From: Zootoca vivipara
Lineage: Eukaryota
DNA: 64,000 nt
NCBI RefSeq assembly: GCF_963506605.1
Contig: NC_083276.1
Span: forward strand, 52,700,001 to 52,764,000
Direction: 5' to 3'
The notes beneath the pieces were generated by a model. That model saw only the letters and a list, made by a program, of their open reading frames with translations. It had not been told where the DNA came from and searched no databases. The position numbers and the translations under genes were made by a program. Positions 51,699 to 63,420 of the stretch are shown here, piece after piece; the stretch's first letter is position 1; every line of letters begins with the position of its first letter.

Positions 51699-53428
51699 GA
51701 CTTGTTTTCTCAATTGGGTGTAAAAAAGGTGATATTGACATTGGCCCCTTGTCATCTTCAGATCACTTCCTGCAGAAATTTAAGCTTTCGGGTGTTGGAA
51801 TTTTGCACCTTGCCTTGGGACACTGTTTACTTTGCTCCTCCTTTTTCCGGCTTTGATGACAACCTCTTGCTTGTCTGCCTTTGACCTCACATTTACTTCT
51901 GGTCCCTCCAGGCCTGTGTTGCTACCTTGGAACTAAACTTTTTGCACACTTGCCTTTGGCCCTTTTGCTCCTTGTCTCTGTCTCACCCGGTACCCGACTC
52001 CAGCATGTTTGTGACAAATGTCTGTTGCCCTTCAGATCCTCATCCAGCTTAGACCCCAGCTGCAGCCAATTTTAAAACTAAGTCTGGCAAGAGTCAGCGG
52101 AGAAACATAATAAATATCAATCAGTGAATGATTGATTGACATTAATAAATTGCATAAAGTCTTGCAACATTCCCTATTTGCTAAATAGGTAAAGAAATAA
52201 AAAAAGCAAGCAAGGCAGGTGTGTTTAGCAACCTAATCATGGTGGCTCATTTTAGAAGAAAAAATAATGCAGATCTGAAATCTCATGAGAACCAAGAATG
52301 GAAAGGCAAAACCACTGTAGATTCGTCTGGAAGGGCAAATGGATGGGTGTTGCCAAAAAGTGAATATATCACCTGGCTTAGAAAGGAAACATAATAGAAT
52401 TGGCAAATCCAGTGATTAAAGGGAACCTTTCACAGACACTGAAGGGATTACTGCTATCAGTTTGCCTTTGGGCTGGCACAGTTTATCCTTGCCTAAAATG
52501 GATGTGACTTCTTAAAATGGCTGTCCATTTGTTTCCAGACAACCACACACATTCATTAGTGTAAGGCAATTTTTTTATCACAATAGGAAATACACATTGC
52601 TTCTGTTGTTGTTCTAGTTCAGGAAGCAATAAGGCAATGAATTCGTTTAAAGAAAGCCAAGTTAAATGACATGATGTTGACTCCTCTGTTTTGTGTGTAT
52701 ATGCATTTTGGGGCCTTCCTTTGGAGCATCCAGATTTACAAATTGGCAGATCTATCTAAGGTGGTCGCGGGTATTGCTTTCCATCAGGGTGGAAAACACA
52801 GAAAGGAAGGCTTGGGTTGCTTTTGCTATTTGCACTTTGGCTTTCCTGCCTTCTGTTGGTTGTTAGATTGTCACCAGGTGGTTCTCAGCTGCAAATGCAT
52901 TCATTTGTACAAATAAATGAACAGTAACAATTAATTACACACTCTGTGAGCGCAACTCAGTGGGAAGGCAGGGACTGTGCAGACTTGCACTGTCTTTCTT
53001 GTCCCAAAGGCGTGATCAGGAACTTCATTATCAGGCTGTACAACCTTTGGATATTCCCACCAGGTTTCTTTCATTCTTATTAGTTTTAAAGCAACAATTT
53101 CATAACTTTAAATCTGATAGCTACAAATATGCATGCACGAAACTTTTTTTTTTTTTGTGGGGGAGAAAGGGGAGGAAGAAGAAGGTGCTGCTGCTAAAGT
53201 CTGCCCTTGGAGAATAAATTATTACCACATGAAATGTGTAGATCCTTACAAACTACCATGCAGGCTTGTTGATGTAAGAGTAGATAATTATTTGGATTGC
53301 CTCAACCAATAGCACTGACATGGCAGTGTGGGCAAACAAAGCTGTTGACTGTGAAGGCAAAGAAAAAGAATGAAAATGGTACAGAGGACAGGATTGAGAA
53401 AAACATGTGTTTACCCCAAATATATGAA

Positions 53429-53789
53429 CCCAGGTGGCGCTGTGGGTTAAACCACAGAGTCTAGGGCTTGCTGATCAGGTCGGCGGTTCGAATCCCTGCA
53501 ATGGGGTGAGCTCCCGTTGCTCGGTCCCAGCTCCTGCCGACCTACCAGTTTGAAAGCACATCAAAGTGCAAGTAGATAAATAGGGACCGCTCCGGCGGGA
53601 AGGTAAACGGCGTTTCCGTGCGCTGCTCTGGTTCGCCAGAAGCAGCTTTGTCATGCTGGCCACATGACCCGGAAGCTGTCTGCAGACAAACGCTGGCTCC
53701 CTCGGCCTATAGAGCGAGATGAGCACCTCAACCCCAGATTCGGACATGACTGGACCTGATGGTCAGGGGCCCCTTTACATTTACCTTTT
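53429..53789 (+). mobile_element. Sauria SINE
   Basis: CAGGTGGCGCTGTGGGTTAAACC...GGTTCGAATCC...CCTTTACATTTACCTTT. TSD TATATGAA. Confidence 0.94.
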
Positions 53790-54527
53790 TATATGAAATA
53801 TAGAGCTATGTGCAAATGGCTTCTTGAAATTCTCCATCCTATGTATGGACACAGAATTATTATGTTCTAGGCCTAGAATCTTTCTACGGCATGGGAGGTG
53901 TGGGGTGAGAACTGCCGCCAGCACAAAATTATGGCTGAGAATATTCAGGAGAAGAAGTTCCACTAGGAGGCTGCCTCTCCTCTCTGCCTTTCAGGAAAAA
54001 TATCATGGCAAAAGGAGAGCAGCCACCCCGGCCATTGAAGGAGCAGTTGCTTCAATGCTTGCTTTCCTCTTCCCTACCATTCAACAGAGGGATGTAGCTG
54101 CCTCAGGTGCAGGAGTGGCAACAGTGGCAGCAGCCCCCTGGCCATCCCTTCTGATCCTTCTGGACATTCCCCTCTGTGAGAGGACAGAGTTGTGTATGCA
54201 ATGCATCCAACGTTCCCCAAATTAGCCTGCTGACCTCTTGTGTGGTAGATGATGTAGTACCAGGGCCAGCAAAGTAAGATTCAGCTGCCAGTCCATTCAG
54301 CTTCTGTACAGGGTTGGTTGGTGGGATCAGGCAGCAAAATGTCATGGGGCAGCTCTCCACCTTCCCTCCTCATTCCTTATCACTTTTGTATCCTGTCTAT
54401 TGGATTAGGAGTTGGCAGGCATGGGCTGTCTTTTCTTTTTATAGGTTTAGAAAATGTTATATGCCTTATACATGTTAAATAATAAATAATACAATACTTA
54501 AGTCTTTCTTTTATATGCCTGTTGCCT

Positions 54528-54583
54528 TTGTCCATGGAGTTTTCTTGGCAGGGATGCTGGAGTGGCTTGCCAGTTCCTTCTCA
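54528..54583 (-). mobile_element. Inverted BovB 5'-UTR-like (Bov-A-like) segment
   Basis: The reverse complement reads GAGAAGGAACTGGCAAGCCACTCCAGCATCCCTGCCAAGAAAACTCCATGGAC. Confidence 0.7.
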
Positions 54584-54587
54584 AGTA

Positions 54588-55620
54588 AAGTCATACCTTG
54601 GTTTAAGTACGCTTCGGTTTGAGTACTTTCAGTTTAGGTACTCCGTGGACCCAGTTTAGGTACTAGGTGGACAGACTGAGATTGAATCCTGACAAGACAG
54701 AAGTACTGTTTGTGGGGGACAGGAGGCGGGCAGGTGTGGAGGACTCCCTGGTCCTGAATGGGGTAACTGTGCCCCTGAAAGACCAGGTGCGCAGCCTGGG
54801 AGTCATTTTAGACTCACAGCTGTCCATGGAGGCACAGGTCAACTCTGTGTCCAAGGCAGTTGTTTATCAGCTCCATCTGGTACGCAGGCTGAGTCCCTAC
54901 CTGCCCACTGACTGTCTCTCCAGAGTGGTGCATGCTCTAGTTATCTCTCGCTTGGACTACTGCAATGCGCTCTACGTGGGGCTACCTTTGAAGGTGACCC
55001 AGAAACTACAACTAATCCAGAATGGGGCAGCTAGACTGGTGACTGGGAGTGGCCACCGAGACCACATAACACCGGTCCTGAAAGACCTACATTGGCTCCC
55101 AGTACGTTTCCGAGCACAATTCAAAGTGTTGGTGTTGACCTTTAAAGCCCTAAACGGCCTCGGTCCGGTATACCTGAAGGAGCGTCTCCACCCCCATCGT
55201 TCTGCCCGGACACTGAGGTCCAGCTCTGAGGGCCTTCTGGCGGTTCCCTCACTACGAGAAGCCAAGTTACAGGGAACCAGGCAGAGGGCCTTCTCGGTAG
55301 TGGCACCCACCCTGTGGAATGCCCTCCCACTAGAGGTCAAAGAGAACAACAATTACCAGACCTTTAGAAGGCATCTCAAGGCAGTCCTGTTTAGGGAAGC
55401 TTTTAATGTTTGAAGGATTTCTGTATTTTAGAATTTCTGTTTTGTTGGAAGCCGCCCAGAGTGGCTGGGGGAACCCGGCCAGATGGGCAGGGTATAAATA
55501 ATAAATTATTATTATCTGGAATGGATTAATCCACTTTCCATTACTTTCAATGGGAAAGTTCGCTTCAGGTTAAGTACAGACTTCTGGAAGCAATTGCGTA
55601 CTTAAACCGAGGTACCACTG
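54588..55620. mobile_element. Tigger/pogo-like MITE split by an L2 insertion
   Basis: Left arm AGTCATACCTTGGTTTAAGTAC; right arm GTACTTAAACCGAGGTACCACTG, followed by TA. The MITE body resumes at ~55515. Confidence 0.8.
54667..55514 (+). mobile_element. Young 5'-truncated L2 LINE with open ORF2 C-terminal 248 aa
   Basis: Encodes RLRLNPDKTEVL...LGVILDSQLSM...SRLDYCNALYVGLP...HITPVLKDLHWLPV.FR..FKVL (L2 signature). Stem-loop 3' UTR and (TTA)n tail. Confidence 0.96.
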
Positions 55621-55646
55621 TACAAATAGGGAGAGTATTATTATTG

Positions 55647-55985
55647 AGAGTCCCATGGACTGCAAGAAGATCAAACCTATCCATTCTGAAGGAAATCAGC
55701 CCTGAGTGCTCACTGGAAGGACAGATCGTGAAGCTGAGGCTCCAATACTTTGGCCACCTCATGAGAAGAGAAGACTCCTTGGAAAAGACCCTGATGTTGG
55801 GAAAGATGGAGGGCAACAAGGAGAAGGGGACGACAGAGGACAAGATGGTTGGACTGTGTTCTCGAAGCTACCAACATGAGTTTGACCAAGCTGTGGGAGG
55901 CAGCGGAAAACAGGAGTGCCTGGCGTGCTCTGGTCCATGGGGTCACAAAGAGTCAGACACGAGTAAATGACTAAACAACAATAAC
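55647..55985 (+). mobile_element. BovB LINE 3' fragment
   Basis: Encodes RVPWTARRSN...LEKTLMLGKMEG with a frameshift. (AAC)n tail. Confidence 0.95.
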
Positions 55986-56790
55986 AAGTCTTTCCACTGT
56001 AGTAGAAGCAGGAACTTTACCTGGATGCATTACCTGTATCATGGAGGCATACAGATCTTGTGGTATTCTCCAGCTTCTGTTGCAAAACATGCATGGAGTA
56101 TTCTGGGGAAGAAGGGACTCTCTGACATCTAATTTTCTTCCACCCTTGTGTGATAACTGGTAGGATTGCCACCAGCAATCTCAAACAATATCAATTGGTA
56201 GAGCATGAGACTCTTAATCTGTACCACCAGATATCTCACAAAACGAAGGGAACTGCAGGTTAGGGATAGACAAATCTGTCAACAACCATTTCATTCTAGT
56301 TTTCTATTTTTTCCTGAACTTATTTCATTTCTCCACATTTCCACATCAGTTCTTAATAAAGCAATGTACTGTTAAAAAAAAAACCCATCCAGGAATATGT
56401 GGAATTTGTGATATCTTCCACTGGACAGCGATGCAAAATTTAGAAACTACTCAATAATCTCCCTCCCTCATCTCCATCGAGTAGTCCATTAGAACTGTTT
56501 AAAGATCAAGCCACACATATTTCTAAGTAGTTGTCCAGAAACATTTGTAAACATTTTTTAAAATAATGTGAGAAATATCAAGAAACTCTCATTAGCTTTT
56601 GGTGAATCCATAGAGCTGTATGGAACAACTATCAAATTGTTTAAAGATTATTATATGTGAAAATTATGGAAACCAGATTCTCTTGACATAATTTTTACAC
56701 TGGCATGCTGAATGTAACACTGTCTATGTCTGCTTAGTTATTAATGTATTGCTTTTCTACTGTTTTGTTGTTTGTAATTACCCTCTAGTG

Positions 56791-56926
56791 CAGACATGTC
56801 AAACCTGCGGCCCTCCAGATGTTTTGGACTACAATTCCCATCTTCCCCAACCACTGGTCCTGCTAGCTAGGGATCATGGGAGTTGTAGGCCAAAACATCT
56901 GGAGGGCCGCAGGTTTGACATGCCTG
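56791..56926. mobile_element. 136-bp hAT MITE
   Basis: TIRs CAGACATGTCAAACCT / AGGTTTGACATGCCTG. 8-bp TSD CTCTAGTG. Confidence 0.95.
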
Positions 56927-57276
56927 CTCTAGTGTGTTTCTGGGCTGTGTTGTGCCTATGACAGCTCATATGCACTCATTCCTGATGGCTGGCTCTGTTG
57001 AAAAGGTACCAAATGCAATATTATTTGCACCTTGCTAGCTTCGATGGGGTGAATAAAATTGGACAAAAGAGGAAAATCCTCTGACATAAATATCTGCAGT
57101 GCATGGAGAAATAGCTTAGTGTTCAGAATTAGAAAATAAATCAATAAGGGTTTCCTGATTAGCAAAGATCAATGAAAGGTGAATGGGTCAACAAGGATGA
57201 ATCTGTCCAGAGGTTAAATGAGGGACTACCTCAGGCAGCAAATCTTAGGAACATTAAATGTTGAGAAATTCTCTTT

Positions 57277-57340
57277 TTAATGATTATTTTATTTTTAATC
57301 TGAAAAGATTAATGATTATTTTATTTTTAATCTAAAAAGA
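57277..57340. repeat. 32-bp tandem duplication
   Basis: TTAATGATTATTTTATTTTTAATCT(G/A)AAAAGA occurs twice. Confidence 0.85.
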
Positions 57341-57776
57341 TGACCTTCTGTGTACTCTTTAATATTATTCTGTAAAGTAAAATAATCCTTATTTACAAAA
57401 CTGTAGGGTCTTGTGAAGGAGATGGAGAGTAAACAAATTCCTTTAGTAATGTGCACCATCTCATAGTTATTAGCAGTAAATACCCTACCAATTTTGGGCA
57501 AGATCAGCTGCATATCATGGGTCTTAGCATGGATATGCCTTGATTTGCAAGCTGACTGACCCTGACATCTATTTCAGCTATAAAAGAAAAAAAGAAAATA
57601 AAGGAATGAATGAATGAATGGTAGCTATCTATTGAAACTTGCTGCCTTGTGGGACATCTTCAGGAGAAGAAAAGGGCGCCAGTTATGCTTAAGACAACCC
57701 TGCCTGGGGAAGCCCAGCCAGATGGGTGGGGTATAAATATGTCAAGAATGCTTTGATGGTGTTTCCTGCTCAGCAG

Positions 57777-58223
57777 CATAGCTGCCAAGTCTCCCGTTTT
57801 CCCCGGGAAAACCCCTTTTTTACTTACCTTTTCCTGGTGGTCCCCCGAATCACTTCGTCTCCTGTTTTTCTCCGTTATTTTCTCCTGCCGGTGGCCATTT
57901 TTTTCTTTCCGATTTGCCCTTCTATGGGCACCAAAAATGGCAGCCGCCAGCTTCAAAAGCCGCATGTACGCATGTCCAGAAGTGCATAGACGTCACTTCC
58001 GGTGTTGGCGGCGGCCATTTTGGTGCCCATAGATGGGCGGAGTGTCACCGGAAGTTGCGTCGGAGCACTTCCTGACATGCGCACAAGCGATTTTCGAAGC
58101 CGGAGGCAGCCATTTTGGGTGCCCATAGAAGGGCAAAGCAACACCGGAAGTTACATCGACGCAACTTCCGGTGTCAAATGGCTGCCGGTCCCGGATTCTG
58201 CAGTCCGGAACTTGGAAGGTAAG
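57777..58223. mobile_element. hAT MITE inserted in a CR1-type 3' tail
   Basis: TIRs CATAGCTGCCAAGT / ACTTGGAAGGTAAG; TSD CTC(A/G)GCAG. The host tail GGGGTTGGACTGGATGGCC...CAACTCTATGATTCTATGA resumes to ~58283. Confidence 0.87.
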
Positions 58224-59139
58224 CTCGGCAGGGGGTTGGACTGGATGGCCCTTGTGGTCTCTTCCAACTCTATGATTCTATGAAATGATAAAATTATTAT
58301 TATCCTGATGAAATACCATGTGCACAAATGGGTACTGTATGCCTTGGTTTCAGGGCTGCATATGCATCTTTGTGTGTGTTTGTTTACATGGTGATCACTG
58401 CAATTAGCTGTCGGGGAGGCGGAATGTAAACCCCTCTTTCCCCCCTACTGACCAAAGTTGGAAAGGACCCAAGATTATCAATACTTCTCTAAACAAATCC
58501 ATGAAAATGGTAAACAATTTCACTTTTTCCTCTATAGGAAAAAAATCTCTTTCCACACATCTGATACTGTGTAATGGTGCTGTCCTGTCTCCAGTGCTTT
58601 TTCCTATGGAAAGAAAATGAAGGTACACTTAACCTGTCCTTACTCCTTGGTGAGCTCTGGTGATTCTTACAGCACAGATAATGCTTTTAAGTAACATTTA
58701 ACTGGATTTAAAAAGCAAGGAAGCATCCTATTTGCAGCAGTGTAATGCTCTCCCAAGCTACTCTTCAGAACGAAGTTAAATTGAGGGTAAAAACACACCC
58801 CCAGCTAATTAAAAATTGATTACAGCTTTCCAAACAATTTAAATATGAATGCTTACTTATTTCCAAGGTTTCCCTTCTTGAACAGTTGTGCTGGGCCTTT
58901 ACACTTAAGTACACGGCTATAATTTGATAGCGCAAAATGTAACAGGAAGCTGGAAATTAAATATACTAAGTACATTCCAGCAAAAAGTAGAGTTATTTTA
59001 TACTATGTGACACACTGAAGGGGCAGGCTGAGGAAACAGAATTCTGGACATGCTCCTGGTGTAGGTCTGCTATATTTCCAATTCTTGCCCACTCCATCTT
59101 TGGTTCCTTATCTTATTAAAAATGTATACATACATACAT

Positions 59140-59458
59140 TGTTCAGCCCGGACATTGAGATCCAACTCCAAGGGCCTTCTGGCGGTTCCCTCGCTGCAAG
59201 AAGTGGTTACAGGGAACCAGGCAGAGGGCCTTCTTGGTAGTGGCACCCACCCTGTGGAACCCCCCCCCCCTCAGATGCCAAGGAAATAAGCAGCTATCCT
59301 ATTTTTAAAAGGCATCTGAAGGCAGCCTTGTTTAGGGAAGTTTTTAATATTTAATGCTGTATTGTTTTTAACACTCGATTGGGAGCCGCCCAGAGTGGCT
59401 GGGGAAACTCAGCCAGATGGGTGGGGGTAAAATAAATAAACAAATAAATAAATATTAT
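59140..59458 (+). mobile_element. L2 LINE 3' fragment
   Basis: Homologous to 55200-55514; (TAAA)n tail. Confidence 0.92.
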
Positions 59459-60034
59459 TCATTTCTGAATAATATCCACATTCTGTTGAGCATCTGGTTT
59501 ATGTTCATGGTTCCTGATCCAGAAATGATTCCAGAAATGATTCAGACATGATTCCTGATCATGCATGAGGAAGCCTGCTTCGTTTTATTGGATCATGTGC
59601 AGATGCAAATAATATTCTACATACAATTCAGTTTAACCATTACACACATAAACACTGTTTTTACATGATAGTAACAAACACCACAGACACATAATTTATT
59701 TTGAAATTTCATGCCCCTTTTTTGGATGAGTGGATTTCATGGAATCATAGTTCCATTATCACGCAATCACATTGATTTCTTTTTCCGCTGCTATTGAATC
59801 TATGTGCATATGTACAGTTGCACATTGCAAACCTGTAAGAAAGGGAGAAAGGAGGCACGGGAGAGAGATGGATGTGGAAAACTGCAGCAGACTGCACATG
59901 TGAGTGGTCTTTGTATTGAAAAGGAATAGTTTTTGCTTTTCTTTTAGAAAGAGAAAAAGGATAAAGGTTTAAAACTGGTATAAAAAGATAATACTGAGTA
60001 TACCATTCTTCCTGCCCTATATTGACTGGTTTTG

Positions 60035-60172
60035 TAGGGTTGCCATGTGTCCTCTTTTTCCAGGACACGTCCTCTTTTTCAGGGGTAGAGTTGTCATAGC
60101 GATCCATAATTAAAGTAGAAGTTGGTAAATAAATGTGTCCTCTTTTTTGCTCTTCAAAATATGGCAACCCTA
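60035..60172. mobile_element. hAT-type MITE with TAGGGTTGCCA ends
   Basis: TIRs TAGGGTTGCCAT / ATGGCAACCCTA and internal GTCCTCTTTTT repeats. No clear TSD. Confidence 0.75.
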
Positions 60173-61351
60173 GTAGGCAGACAAAATAGCCATTAGCTAC
60201 GAGGAAATTGCTTAATGGATGCACGTATTTCAAACCATAGGAGCCAAAATCTTGCCTCCAAAATTCCATATCTGTTCCATGACATAGATGGATTTGATTC
60301 TCATTTACAGCCCTTTATTGAATGATGTGTTCTGCATGCTGCTATTGGGCTTCCTACTGCCTCAAAGCCAAGTTGTAGTTCAGGCATTTCCCTGAAAGCC
60401 CATCCTTCACCGTAATATTGATTGGAACCTTGTTCAGTATTACTGCATGCCAGACAAGCTACTTAGGGAACGTCCTGACAGAAGATGGAAAATCAACATT
60501 TTGTGCTGAGGGTTCTTTGTTTGCAATTCAGACTAAACACAATAACACACTCATCATAATTTCCTTTAAGCGTTTGCTCAGGCACTTAGACCTTGCAAGC
60601 TGAAACCATCATTGTGGACTATTGTTTCCTGAAGCAGTATGACTTTATGTGATGGTATTCCATTCATCCATTGTATCATTCATCTATTTGAAAGGGTAAG
60701 ATTATTATAGGAGTCTGTACCAGCCATTACTTTACCTTGGATCTCAGTTGCCTGGGCTCCTTTCATTCTTTTAAATATCTCACACATTGCTTCGATCTGA
60801 CATCTCCCTTTACTGTTTCACCACATGGGGGTTGATTATGTAACACATCTAGGACAACACCAAAGAGTTGTTGCCACACATCAGCTTTAAGGGTGTAGCA
60901 TCATTTAGATGCATTTGTCCCAGGAATATGGCTGGGCTCCTGAGAGCAGCCAGAAAACTGGTTGAAACTTTTTTGTGGGGTGGGCAAGAGTTAAAAAAGA
61001 GGGGGGGAATGAAAAGCTTTTTTTTAAAAAAAGAAATCAGCCACCTCATATTAAAGATTTAAATAAATTCTTCAATTTTGCATGCTCTCTGAAGATTATA
61101 AAATATCCACCCTCCACACTTTTGCAGGGGGTGAACCTGCAGAAATTGAGCTTTTATTTTAAAGAAAGTTAGATACAATTCTGGTGCATTGTGGGTCACT
61201 AACATGGTCCTCTTAGGTATACATGTGCCCTCAGTGGCCCTTACCGGTACTAGCAAGGTCCTCCTATCATGAGTTGAAAAAAGGCTCGAAAGAAGTTTTC
61301 TTTATCCAATGAGAGGCTTTTAAAAAACCCAAACTGAAAATAAAAATAGGC

Positions 61352-62545
61352 GGCTATTGGAATGGCATTTGAAAGATGAGGAAGTTAAATCGGTTATGAT
61401 TCATTGGGCTAAAGATATTGGTCATGATATACAAATAGAGGATTGGGAAAAATTATGGAAAGAGGGAATAAAATTTACTGCTTGCAGTGCATTGAAAGAA
61501 AACATTATGAAAATGATGAACAGATGGTATATAACACCAGTGAAGTTAGCTAGAATGTACGAAACAGATAACAAATGTTGGAAATGTAAAGAAAAGGAGG
61601 GTACTTTTTACCATATGTGGTGGGAATGTAAGAAAGTGAAGGACTTCTGGGAAATGATTTATAATGAATTGAAAAAAATGTTGAAATAAGATGTATAGGA
61701 CAAGTAGTAGAGTATGCTGGAAATGCAAAGAGAAAGATGGACAATTTTATCATATGTGGTGGTCATGTGAAACAGTGAAAAGATTTTGGGAAAGTTTATA
61801 TAATGAGTTGAAAAAAAATGTTTAAATATATTGTCACCAAAACCCCCGAAGCATTTTTGTTGGGATTAATGGGAGATGAGATTGCTAAGGGGGATCAGAG
61901 ACTTTTTATGTATGCCACAACTGCGGTGAGAATGTTATTAGCCCAAAAATGGAAAACACAAGAGGTTCCAACTATTGAGGAGTAGCAGACAAAAATGATG
62001 GACTATGCTGAACTGGCAAAGTTGACCTGTGCGATCCAGAATCAGGGAGAGACAAAGTTCCAGAGAGAATGGAGTAAATTTATTGACTATATGGAGAAAA
62101 ACTGTACAAGTATAAAGACACTTTCAGGACTAAAATAAATCCTACGAACTGAGACAGAATATGTAAAAGGAACTGCGAGATAGGATTAAAACAACAAAGC
62201 CGTGTGAAGGGAGGGAGGGAGGTCTTAGCTCGTGAGAGCAAAAAAGAGATGAGATGAAAAGGTTATGAGGAAAATAATTGGTTTAATTGTTGTGAGTGTT
62301 TGTGTTTGTCTGTGGTGTTTTGTTTTGTTTTTGTAATCTGTAATTGGAAAATGAATAAAAATTATTTCAAAAAAAAAGAAAAGAAAAAAATGTTGAAATA
62401 TACATTTGTTAAAAAACCAGAAGCCCTTCTATTGGGTATTGTGGTTACAGAACTTCACATGAATGATAAAAAATTGTTTTTATATGTGATAACTGCAGGA
62501 AGGATATTGTTAGCCCAAAGGTGGAAGCAAGGATTCAACAAAGGT
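61352..62545 (+). mobile_element. L1-clade fragment A, split by a second L1
   Basis: ORF ...WEKLWKEGIKFTACSALKEN..KMMNRWYITP...CWKC...HMWWEC...ELKKMLK (to 61688) resumes as YTFVKKPEALLLG at 62401. Confidence 0.85.
61689..62382 (+). mobile_element. L1-clade fragment B (5'-truncated, with 3' UTR and poly-A)
   Basis: Encodes MYRTSSRVCWKCKE...HMWW. AATAAA at ~62354 plus A-tail; 18-bp TSD GAAAAAAATGTTGAAATA at 61671-61688 and 62383-62400. Confidence 0.9.
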
Positions 62546-62656
62546 TAAAATCTAAGGGAGGGGCCCAGCATTGAACTAATTAGGCAAGTTTCTTTGTGAG
62601 AGAATGACCATAGTTGCCACCTAAGGACCGCCATCAGTATAGCAAAAATATATATA

Positions 62657-62890
62657 CCATGTTTCTCATATTATAAGACATGTCTTATATTTATTTTTTC
62701 CTCAAAAAAACACACTATGGCTTATTTTCAAGGGATGTCTTATTTTTTTCCTCCTCCTCCTGCCACGGCCGGCATTGCTGCTGCGCCTATCACTATGTCT
62801 TATTTTCGGGGTATGGCTTATATTCCTTGAATGCTTAAAATCCTGCTATGGCTTATTTTATGGGTATGTCTTAAAATATGAGAAACAGGG
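62657..62890. mobile_element. Tc1/mariner (Tc2-like) MITE
   Basis: TIRs CCATGTTTCTCATATT / AATATGAGAAACAGGG, TA TSD and internal TATG(G/T)CTTATTTT repeats. Confidence 0.85.
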
Positions 62891-62964
62891 TATATATTTT
62901 CAACTTCCCACCCCACAAGCAGAGCAAGCTGGAAGGGATTGCTATCACCAACCTTTTAGCTTAA

Positions 62965-63420
62965 TGCATCATCTGGGTTTTCATTATGATCTCCTTTCCA
63001 TTACCCTCGATTTTCATCTCATTTCTTATTCTCTTTCACTTACATCTTTGGGTTTTCTTACAACAGCTTCAAAATTATCTGCTCCTTTTAACTGTTTTTA
63101 GTATGCCCATTACATATTTTTAAATCCTTTGTAATTGCTAGTGCTCTCAAACTCGTTGACTCACTCTTTCTCTGACTACATTTTCTTTCTTTCACCAGCA
63201 CCAAATATTTCATTGATTTCATTTTTGAAACTTATTAGTTCATCTTTCAATACTTTTATGAATTCAATACCTCTTAGATTGTCTGAGTTTTGATTCTTTG
63301 GTTCTTTGCACTTCTTGCTTCCATATGGTGTCTTAATTTCTTAAAAACTATTGCAATAAAGCCAAGTGTTTCCTCTCTCCTTTTCTTCTGTAATTTATAC
63401 TTTCCTCTTTATAGAAAGGT
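62965..63420 (-). mobile_element. Possible degraded L1 ORF1/5' region
   Basis: The minus strand is strongly A/G-rich with K/E-rich broken frames. No diagnostic motif. Confidence 0.3.

Noticed and set aside
56190-56222. tRNA-Lys-like sequence GGTAGAGCATGAGACTCTTAATCT
   Set aside because: Only the D and anticodon arms are present. It is a SINE head or tRNA fragment, not a tRNA gene.
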